Of a DNA stretch of 64,000 nucleotides, positions 48,077 through 54,823 are shown in pieces. The notes under the pieces were generated by a model. That model worked only from the letters and a program-made list of their open reading frames with translations. It was not told the DNA's origin and searched no databases. The stretch comes from a virus, in IMG/VR virus record IMGVR_UViG_3300044633_000521; one strand, 5' to 3'. The translations under genes and the position numbers were made by a program. The first letter of the stretch is position 1. Each line of letters begins with the position of its first letter.

Positions 48077-48150
48077 TCCGGTGTAGTATAATGGCAGTGC
48101 GATGGTCTCCAAAACCATTAGTGGGAGTTCGATTCTCTCCACCGGAGCCA
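48077..48150 (+). tRNA. tRNA-Trp(CCA)
   Basis: ATGGT-CTCCAAA-ACCAT, G73, CCA. Confidence 0.95.
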
Positions 48151-48219
48151 AACATAAAGTATATAAAGATGTATATTAAACATATAAAAACCTTTAATAT
48201 ACATAATTATGTACATTAC

Positions 48220-48296
48220 GCAACGGTACCAGAGTGGCCCAATGGCAGGGACTGCAAATCCTTTGTACGTCGGTTCAAATCCGACCCGTTGCTCCA
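48220..48296 (+). tRNA. tRNA-Cys(GCA)
   Basis: Loop CTGCAAA, U73, CCA. Confidence 0.92.
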
Positions 48297-48299
48297 AAT

Positions 48300-48374
48300 G
48301 CCCTGTTAGTTCAACGGATAGAATTAGAGTCTTCGAAACTCAGGATGGGGGTTCGATTCCCTCACAGGGCTCCA
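48300..48374 (+). tRNA. tRNA-Arg(TCG)
   Basis: GAGT-CTTCGAA-ACTC, CCA. Confidence 0.9.
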
Positions 48375-48442
48375 AATATTACTGCTCAGTAACATTTCTA
48401 GTCAAAACTGACTAAATCAATGAAAATATTACTGCTCAGTAA
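48374..48442. repeat. 19-bp palindromic direct repeat, two copies, 50-bp period
   Basis: AAATATTACTGCTCAGTAA at 48374-92 and 48424-42. Confidence 0.85.
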
Positions 48443-48451
48443 GATTATAAT

Positions 48452-48525
48452 GCGGGTATGATGTAATGGTAACCTACGACTTTGCCAAAGTTGAATTGCG
48501 AGTTCAATTCTCGCTACCCGCTCCA
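48452..48525 (+). tRNA. tRNA-Gly(GCC)
   Basis: GCGGGTA/TACCCGC acceptor, loop TTGCCAA, U73, CCA. Confidence 0.93.
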
Positions 48526-48531
48526 GTTTAC

Positions 48532-48609
48532 GTTGCTTTGCTGGTTCGAGTCCAGCTTGTAGGTCAAGCGAAATAGCAGCCTACGGTAGTTTAATGGTAA
48601 AACAGCAAC
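48532..48609 (+). ncRNA. Circularly permuted tRNA-like RNA (YrlA/Y-RNA-like topology)
   Basis: Order: GTTGC, T-arm (GCTGG-TTCGAGT-CCAGC), acceptor hairpin TTGTAGG...CCTACGG, D-arm (GTTT-AATGGTA-AAAC), GCAAC. Confidence 0.75.
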
Positions 48610-48615
48610 CTCTAT

Positions 48616-48690
48616 GGTGTCTATAGTGTAGTGGTAACACTCAGGATTGTGATTCCTGCATCACGGGTTCGAACCCCGTTAGACACCCCA
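48616..48690 (+). tRNA. tRNA-His(GTG)
   Basis: G-1 and C73, CAGGA-TTGTGAT-TCCTG, CCA. Confidence 0.95.
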
Positions 48691-48691
48691 T

Positions 48692-48720
48692 TTGACAAGT
48701 CAACTAAATGACTGTATAAT
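48692..48720 (+). promoter_or_regulatory. Sigma70-type promoter (leaderless transcript)
   Basis: TTGACA-17 bp-TATAAT; ATG 6 nt downstream. Confidence 0.85.
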
Positions 48721-48726
48721 ACGCTT

Positions 48727-48987
48727 ATGACCGAAGAACAACAATTAGCCTGGGATATACTAAGCACGCCAAATAATGCGGACTTTAAGAATTATCGCAG
48801 ACAGCATCGTATGACATGGTTAACTAAAGATCGCAAGATATTGTTAATTAGAGACATGGAAACGGCACATATCATAAGTTGCGTCAATATGTTAGAAGCA
48901 TTGGGGCAAGAAGAAACCTTGGCCTATAATGGCCTAATAGATGAACTAAGAAAGCGAGGAGAGCACGATGATGAAACCGTGGATTGA
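48727..48987 (+). CDS. Hypothetical protein
   Basis: 86-aa ORF with W.TKD....I.DMET.HI motif. Confidence 0.65.
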   Translation: MTEEQQLAWDILSTPNNADFKNYRRQHRMTWLTKDRKILLIRDMETAHIISCVNMLEALGQEETLAYNGLIDELRKRGEHDDETVD

Positions 48988-49387
48988 AAATATCAGTCTT
49001 GATGATGTACGCAAGGGCTATCATTACGACCCAGGTTTCAACAGTATGCTAATACAGATCGTAGATCCTGGTGTAGAGTTTCCAAAGCCTAAATATGACT
49101 TTCGCCGAGTACATCAGTTCTACTTCTTAGATGTAGAAGAAAGCGACAGCGAAAAGTTTTACTATGCGGCAGCCATTACCAACGCTGATGCTAAGGGTAT
49201 TGCCGAAGCATTAAAAGAAGCATGGAACGAAAGTATGAATGTAGTGGTACACTGCCATATGGGGGTAGCACGTAGTGGTGCCGTGGCAGAAGTTGGGCAT
49301 ATGATTGGGTTTAGAGATACAGAAAAATATCGTATACCAAACCTTATGGTAAAACATAAGTTAATGTACTACTTGGATTTAGTGTAA
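48968..49387 (+). CDS. Protein-tyrosine / dual-specificity phosphatase-like protein
   Basis: VHCHMGVARSGA (HCx5R) and PN motif. Confidence 0.8.
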   Translation: MMKPWIENISLDDVRKGYHYDPGFNSMLIQIVDPGVEFPKPKYDFRRVHQFYFLDVEESDSEKFYYAAAITNADAKGIAEALKEAWNESMNVVVHCHMGVARSGAVAEVGHMIGFRDTEKYRIPNLMVKHKLMYYLDLV

Positions 49388-49412
49388 TAGTAAATACAAT
49401 AAAGGGCAGTAT

Positions 49413-49883
49413 ATGAAAAAACTGAATTTCGACGAAGTGCGTGATTTTATTAACGCACAAACTCCAGAAACTAAAATATACATTGGCGGCGATAGTACAC
49501 GCTTTCGTAAGAACGGACAATGGCATGCCGAATATACTTTGGCTATTGTAGTTCATATTGATGGGAAACATGGTTGTAAGATATTTGGTGAAACATCAAC
49601 CGAAGTAGATTACGACCAAAAGCGCAATCGACCAAGTATGCGTCTAATGAACGAAGTATATAAAATTTCAGAATTATATTTGAAATTACACGAAGTATTA
49701 GAAGGGCGCGATGTTGCTGTTCACTTGGATATCAATCCAAACGAAGCGCACGGTTCGAGCTGTGTAGTAACACAGGCAATTGGTTACATTCGCGGTACTT
49801 GTAATGTTATCCCAATGGTTAAACCCAACGCCTGGGCCGCTAGTTATGCTGCAGACCGTTTACATCACGTATTAGCAGCATAA
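49413..49883 (+). CDS. RNase H-like YkuK (DUF458) family protein
   Basis: KIYIGGDS, RLMNEV, VHLDIN, KP.AWAASYAAD. Confidence 0.85.
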   Translation: MKKLNFDEVRDFINAQTPETKIYIGGDSTRFRKNGQWHAEYTLAIVVHIDGKHGCKIFGETSTEVDYDQKRNRPSMRLMNEVYKISELYLKLHEVLEGRDVAVHLDINPNEAHGSSCVVTQAIGYIRGTCNVIPMVKPNAWAASYAADRLHHVLAA

Positions 49884-49888
49884 ATAGG

Positions 49889-49917
49889 TTGACAATAGTG
49901 TGTGTTGACTATATAAT
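49889..49917 (+). promoter_or_regulatory. Sigma70-type promoter of the second tRNA unit
   Basis: TTGACA-17 bp-TATAAT. Confidence 0.85.
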
Positions 49918-49930
49918 ATTATTATACTGA

Positions 49931-50005
49931 CGCGGTGGTGGAGCAATTGGCAGCTCGCGAGCCTCATAAGCTCGAGACCAGGTTCGAGTCCTGCGACCGC
50001 AACCA
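49931..50005 (+). tRNA. Initiator-like tRNA-Met(CAT) with atypical 8/4 fold
   Basis: C1:A72 mismatch, A11-U24, loop CTCATAA, 8-nt acceptor strands, 4-bp T stem, CCA. Confidence 0.85.
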
Positions 50006-50007
50006 AC

Positions 50008-50205
50008 ACTAGGGTTACACTTTTACTTTATGAAAGTGGGTCATTGCCAATACCATAACGGCACAGTGCATACGTTCTACTGCAAGGCTCCATTTCCGAG
50101 CGACTTGAGAAATACGTAGGGGTTTTATTGTTTCGTACCAGATGGAAACAGTCGGACAGGGTAACTACTCAGTTTAGGGCCAGGTAGTGCTGGTAGCTAG
50201 ACACC
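50008..50205 (+). ncRNA. Unassigned ~200-nt multi-stem RNA between tRNAs
   Basis: GC-richer non-coding spacer with several hairpins and long-range GGTTAC/GTAACT and TGAG/CTCA pairings. Confidence 0.5.
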
Positions 50206-50207
50206 TT

Positions 50208-50283
50208 GCTCCCATCGTCTAGAGGCCTAGGACACCCGCCTTTCACGCAGGTAACACGAGTTCGAATCTCGTTGGGAGTACCA
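50208..50283 (+). tRNA. tRNA-Glu(TTC)
   Basis: D-arm GTCTAGAGGCCTAGGAC, loop CTTTCAC, CCA. Confidence 0.92.
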
Positions 50284-50291
50284 AGTTTTAA

Positions 50292-50367
50292 GCCGGTTTA
50301 GCTCAGCAGGTAGAGCAGCGCACTTGTAATGCGAAGGTCAACAGTTCGATTCCGTTAACCGGCACCA
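50292..50367 (+). tRNA. tRNA-Thr(TGT)
   Basis: CGCA-CTTGTAA-TGCG, CCA. Confidence 0.93.
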
Positions 50368-50377
50368 AAAGTTTTAT

Positions 50378-50451
50378 GCGGGATTGGTGTAATGGTAGCA
50401 CAAGAGTTTTCCAAACTTTTAGCGAGGGTTCGATCCCCTTATCCCGCTCCA
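50378..50451 (+). tRNA. tRNA-Gly(TCC)
   Basis: GCGGGAT/ATCCCGC, loop TTTCCAA, U73, CCA. Confidence 0.93.
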
Positions 50452-50462
50452 TAGGAATATAA

Positions 50463-51569
50463 ATGACTAAAGTCTATTGCGCAGCTCCGTGGAGAGGCTT
50501 ACATATTACAACCGAAGGTGATGTTAAACCTTGTTGTTCTGGAGCATACGGATTTGGTAATATCAATGAACAAAATATTAAAGAAATATTAAATTCATTG
50601 AGCTGGCAAGAATTGCGAGAGCAAATTGCCAGTAATGATATTCCTAATTATTGTATAGGCTGTAAACAGCAAGGTGATGTCACTACTAGCGAACGTAACT
50701 GGCATAACAATAATAGTTTGGATATAAATGACTTAGGTTCTAATTATCATGCTCCTGCTATATTAGATGTACGTTGGAGCAATGCTTGTAATTTGATGTG
50801 CGTGTACTGTAATCCAAACGATAGTAGTATGTGGGCCAAAAAGTTAAGTATCCCACTACAGACTAAACGCAAAGAATATTATACTAATGTCATTGATTAT
50901 ATAACTGCTCATCAACAAAATCTTAAAACTGTGGCATTAATTGGTGGTGAGCCTTTGTTAATTCCGCAATGCGCAGACCTGCTTGACAATATACCGGACA
51001 CAGTTGATATTCATGTAATTTCAAATTTAAGTTTAAACTTAGAAAACAATCCGGTATTTCAGCGCCTATCTACTAGAAAGAAAGTGCGCTGGAGTGTGAG
51101 TTTTGAAAATGTAGGAAAACAGTTTGAATTTGTGCGTAGAGGAGCAAGTTGGGAACAGTTGACTAAAAATTTAGATTTGCTATTGGGCTTAGAAAGAACG
51201 CAGGGCCATATTATAGACATACATGCTATTCTCAATATATTAAGCCTAAGTGCTTTTAAAGTATTGACTGATTTTGCCTTTGACAAACGTATTAAAATTG
51301 TATTTCAATTTTTAGATCAGCCTGCGGAATTGGATCTGCGTAAATTTCCTAAGCATATAGTTAATACTATTAAAACACAAGCAGAAAATGTATACAAAGA
51401 TATTCAAACTGAATGGGATGAGCATAATACAATTGTTCAATATTTTGCTGCTGACCAAATTGAAGTACCTGATCAAATAGATAATTTTTATAAATTTGTA
51501 AATGAGTGCAGCACTGAAGATTTAAAATTTAATCAACTGTGGCCCGAACTAGATCAATTACTCCGCTAG
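50463..51569 (+). CDS. Radical SAM protein with N-terminal twitch/SPASM-like domain
   Basis: YCAAPW...PCC...CIGC; CNLMCVYC; GGEP. Confidence 0.9.
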   Translation: MTKVYCAAPWRGLHITTEGDVKPCCSGAYGFGNINEQNIKEILNSLSWQELREQIASNDIPNYCIGCKQQGDVTTSERNWHNNNSLDINDLGSNYHAPAILDVRWSNACNLMCVYCNPNDSSMWAKKLSIPLQTKRKEYYTNVIDYITAHQQNLKTVALIGGEPLLIPQCADLLDNIPDTVDIHVISNLSLNLENNPVFQRLSTRKKVRWSVSFENVGKQFEFVRRGASWEQLTKNLDLLLGLERTQGHIIDIHAILNILSLSAFKVLTDFAFDKRIKIVFQFLDQPAELDLRKFPKHIVNTIKTQAENVYKDIQTEWDEHNTIVQYFAADQIEVPDQIDNFYKFVNECSTEDLKFNQLWPELDQLLR

Positions 51570-52124
51570 ATACCTTAAGGGTTCGTTGGCAAAGGTACAG
51601 CTTAGTACTATTCTAGGAGTAAGATTATTACCTAACATAACAACTTCGTGTGGTATGCGACTGTTAAACACAATTGGGTTCATCATATTATGATATTCGC
51701 CTACTAATGTTAATTTCTCTTTGGGGAAGTTGGTCATATCTTCGTGAAAGTATCCGTCCTTGGCAACATCGGATATCTTAGGTAAGTTTTGAAAATCTTC
51801 GTCGGACATTGTGTACCAACGGTTTACTGTATTCTTAGTGTTAAGTACAGGAAAGTTTATTTTAGCTACAACCGGTGGGCTGTCGATATGAACGGCAAAA
51901 TTGTTATAGCAGATAGTAACAGCCATATCGCGTGGGACTAGATGATATAGTTTAAAAAAGTCTAATAAAGTTGGACAACTAGCAATTACACTATTGCGAT
52001 CTAAGTAATGCCATTCTTGATCGTGCGTTTTCTCTAATAAGTCAGTATTAGAATGTAAATATTCATAGACTTCGTGACTTATTTGGTTAACGTTAGTATA
52101 CTCTAGTTCGTAGTACGGTTTCAT
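51558..52124 (-). CDS. Cupin / 2OG oxygenase-like hypothetical protein
   Basis: TAAATA-N5-ATG gives start MKPYYEL; VHID...KINFPV...PIVFNSRIPHEV...RIVLS. Confidence 0.6.
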   Translation of the reverse strand: MKPYYELEYTNVNQISHEVYEYLHSNTDLLEKTHDQEWHYLDRNSVIASCPTLLDFFKLYHLVPRDMAVTICYNNFAVHIDSPPVVAKINFPVLNTKNTVNRWYTMSDEDFQNLPKISDVAKDGYFHEDMTNFPKEKLTLVGEYHNMMNPIVFNSRIPHEVVMLGNNLTPRIVLSCTFANEPLRYLAE

Positions 52125-52262
52125 AAAAATATTTAGTGTATAGCACACTGTAAAGAATTCTTTAATCGCGTAGAGTTTGGGGTAAGCGGCACTCGGTAGT
52201 AGTTGAAAAACCCTTGTAGAGAATAGCCGACACAGCATGGAAAGAATCACAACCAATTTAGG

Positions 52263-52292
52263 TTGACGATAGTCGCGATGGCATGCTATAAT
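52263..52292 (+). promoter_or_regulatory. Sigma70-type promoter (extended -10)
   Basis: TTGACG-18 bp-TATAAT, with TGc immediately before the -10. Confidence 0.7.
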
Positions 52293-52322
52293 AGTTTTAT
52301 TAGTTTTAAAATTTGGAAGAAA

Positions 52323-52483
52323 GCCGGTACATTATGTATTCGAGGTTAGGAGAGACCGGCAAACCGTCCATATAAAGACCAGACCTCAATCTCGTAAGAG
52401 ACAATTCTGGTTCCGCTGACGCGAAAAGAGGATGGGCTGCGCTCACGGGGTTTGTTAGGTTCCTGACACAAAAATACCTAACA
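52323..52483 (+). ncRNA. Unassigned ~160-nt structured RNA upstream of tRNA-Ser
   Basis: GCCGGT/ACCGGC, AAACCGT/ACGGGGTTT, ACCAGA/TCTGGT, TCTC-GTAA-GAGA, CGC-TGAC-GCG, TGTTAGGT/ACCTAACA. Confidence 0.6.
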
Positions 52484-52492
52484 CTTGATTTC

Positions 52493-52586
52493 GGAGAGCT
52501 GGCCGAGTGGTCGAAGGCACTTCCCTGCTAAGGAAGCATACGGGCTTAAATCTGTATCGAGGGTTCGAATCCCTCGCTCTCCGCCA
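52493..52586 (+). tRNA. tRNA-Ser(GCT)
   Basis: CTTCC-CTGCTAA-GGAAG, long variable arm, G73, CCA. Confidence 0.95.
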
Positions 52587-52625
52587 ATTACTTTTTTCAC
52601 CCTTTTGTAGTAAATAAATATTGCT

Positions 52626-52865
52626 ATGAATGTCTTAACAAAACTCAAACAATTAATAGTACCAACTAAAACTTATGAAATACAAAAAGTAGCATCCAAC
52701 GATCTACTTATAACGCACCGTAGTGGTGTAGTAATACAAATTAAAGAAGATGGCACTGTGTTAGTAGCAAGTCCAAGTAACTTAGAACTATATGCCAAGG
52801 GCAACCTACAAATTACATCAGGTACCCACATCGGGTTAGTAGCGCCAAGGATTGATTTAAATTGA
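52626..52865 (+). CDS. Small gp5 C-terminal beta-repeat-like protein
   Basis: HRSG..I.IKEDG.V... ending APRIDLN like spike C-termini; upstream of PAAR. Confidence 0.5.
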   Translation: MNVLTKLKQLIVPTKTYEIQKVASNDLLITHRSGVVIQIKEDGTVLVASPSNLELYAKGNLQITSGTHIGLVAPRIDLN

Positions 52866-53296
52866 ATCGTGAACAAGCAAACGAACGCTTATGGCAATTT
52901 AAACCTGTACACACTCAGGTTGAAGCAGATGAGTTTGTAGGAGTAACTCCATTTCAACCTACTGATATTACAGTAACTAAGCAAGACGATTGCTATGTTA
53001 TAGAAGGTAGTTACGGTATAGATATATTCTCTAATCATAAGTTTACTGTGTTAGTCAATGGCAAACTAGTAACATACACTCGCTTAGAAGATATACCGTT
53101 TGAGATTGACAATGTAATTAACTTTGCCCCAGATGACACACACGACATCACATTCACTTACACGTTCAAACGGCAAGATGAATTAATTAAATACACACAC
53201 TGGATACATCATGACATGAGCCCATGGGAAAAGATATTGCCAGAATTAGTAGCTAGAGAAACAAACGGAGGATGGAATCGTGCCCGCAGTAACTAG
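52862..53296 (+). CDS. Hypothetical protein
   Basis: Coupled ORF between the gp5-like and PAAR genes. Confidence 0.55.
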   Translation: MNREQANERLWQFKPVHTQVEADEFVGVTPFQPTDITVTKQDDCYVIEGSYGIDIFSNHKFTVLVNGKLVTYTRLEDIPFEIDNVINFAPDDTHDITFTYTFKRQDELIKYTHWIHHDMSPWEKILPELVARETNGGWNRARSN

Positions 53297-53567
53297 AGTT
53301 GGTGACGCAGACGTAACACACTGTTCGGGTATGACACGTGCCGTCGGTAGTCCGGATACGTTCTGTAATGGTATTCCTATTAGCCGTCAAGGCGATGTAA
53401 ATACAGGACATTTATTACCAGGAGCACCTTGCCCCGGCCATTCGGCACCGATAGCTGCTGGTAGTGCTACTGTATTTGTTAATGGTAAGGGTATGGGTCG
53501 AGTAGGTGATGCTATCGCTGGGTGTACTGCGGTAGCTGCTGGTTCGGGCGATACGTTTGCTGGTTAA
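53280..53567 (+). CDS. PAAR-repeat spike tip protein (gp5.4-like)
   Basis: PAVTRVGD, PISRQGD, GMGRVGD repeats with His/Cys metal ligands. Confidence 0.9.
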   Translation: MPAVTRVGDADVTHCSGMTRAVGSPDTFCNGIPISRQGDVNTGHLLPGAPCPGHSAPIAAGSATVFVNGKGMGRVGDAIAGCTAVAAGSGDTFAG

Positions 53568-54163
53568 TGTTTTTTAGCAGTATTCATAAAAATAAGAAAA
53601 TACAAGCTGTAACGATCTTTGTCTGCTGTACGGTTGAACCCTTCGTGCCACGCATCGTTTGTATTAGCAGCAAACCACCCCTGGGCATAACCTGTAGGTA
53701 TACGTAACGGATTATTTCCGTTTTTATCGGAATAGAAGAAAGTACTTTGGTTAGGATCGTCTCCCTCAGTGAAGAATATCATGCCGTTTCCTATTATACG
53801 CCGATTGTCTAGATGCGTAGCAGCATGATACCCGGGCTTATCTAAAGTCCAAAGAGCACTAGAATGCGTAATGTTATCAAGCTCTTCAGCTGACAATTTC
53901 CACTCATTGAAGTATTCTTCGTCTTGATACATATTTTTAATTATTTTAAGGCAAGCAGAATCTTGTGTAAACCATTCAATGATGTATTTTAATTTTTCAC
54001 TCTTGAGAGTTGGCGCACGAAACTTGCCCAATAAACCCTCAGATTCTGAGCTGATCCAATCCTCTTGTTTAAGGTCAGTTAACAGCTCTTCATAACTATA
54101 AGGGAATTCAGTTAAGAATGTTTCGTATACAAAATTACGTTTTTTGTCAAATATAATATCCAT
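53564..54163 (-). CDS. 2OG-Fe(II) oxygenase-like protein
   Basis: DKPGY...HLD...GWFAAN...WHEG.N...DRYSL; start MDIIFD from TAAATA-N5-ATG. Confidence 0.65.
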   Translation of the reverse strand: MDIIFDKKRNFVYETFLTEFPYSYEELLTDLKQEDWISSESEGLLGKFRAPTLKSEKLKYIIEWFTQDSACLKIIKNMYQDEEYFNEWKLSAEELDNITHSSALWTLDKPGYHAATHLDNRRIIGNGMIFFTEGDDPNQSTFFYSDKNGNNPLRIPTGYAQGWFAANTNDAWHEGFNRTADKDRYSLYFLIFMNTAKKH

Positions 54164-54190
54164 ACTAATATTTACCCAATAAATAACAAC

Positions 54191-54823
54191 ATGAAAATAG
54201 AATTCAGTCAAGCAAGATATTTGCTATCGTCGATTAAATTTGACCCAGGTGTAGATCACACAACGTTAATAGAAGAACTTAAAAAACAAAAGTGGACTAG
54301 TTGGGGAGAAAGTGTTCCTATGGGACACGAAAACTATAACTGGAGTCGACGCTACAGATTAATGCGTGAAGATATAACTAGTCCTTTGTTAAAACAAATA
54401 CACGATTTCTTACAAAGCATCGACACGCACGAACCTTTATTAGAAGCACTATATTCTTTTAATCCCGGATTCGAAGGTATGTGGAGCCTATCGAAAGATC
54501 AAATGCGCAAGTGGGCAACACTACACATGGAATTTATGTTAGACAAACCTGGATTTAAATTAGAACCACACAACGACTATCGTAGACTTGTCGGCGCAGG
54601 CATGATATATTTTACAGAACATAATGACCCTGATGTAGCTACAACATTTTACGAAGATCGCCAATTAACTAATCCTGTAGTAATGAACACAGAGTTTGGC
54701 TCAGGCTGGTTTGCGGCAAATGCTTATGAGAATTACCACAGTGGTATTAATAATAGCAACTACGATAGATATAGTGTCTTATTAGGCCTAACAATTAAAA
54801 CTCCGGATGAATATGACCGATAA
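54191..54823 (+). CDS. 2OG-Fe(II) oxygenase-like protein (paralogue of the divergent neighbour)
   Basis: DKPGF...PHND...GWFAAN...YHSG.N...DRYSV. Confidence 0.65.
   Translation: MKIEFSQARYLLSSIKFDPGVDHTTLIEELKKQKWTSWGESVPMGHENYNWSRRYRLMREDITSPLLKQIHDFLQSIDTHEPLLEALYSFNPGFEGMWSLSKDQMRKWATLHMEFMLDKPGFKLEPHNDYRRLVGAGMIYFTEHNDPDVATTFYEDRQLTNPVVMNTEFGSGWFAANAYENYHSGINNSNYDRYSVLLGLTIKTPDEYDR

Noticed and set aside
47524-48415. ORF-track ORFs overlapping the tRNA cluster
   Set aside because: They coincide with well-formed tRNA genes.
48374-48442. Mini CRISPR array
   Set aside because: Only two 19-bp repeats, the spacer is itself palindromic, and there are no cas genes in the window; kept only as a repeat.
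50008-50205. tmRNA, RNase P RNA or tRNA-linked HDV-like (theta) ribozyme
   Set aside because: No tRNA-like ends or tag ORF, no GAGGAAAGTCC core, and I could not build the nested double pseudoknot by eye.
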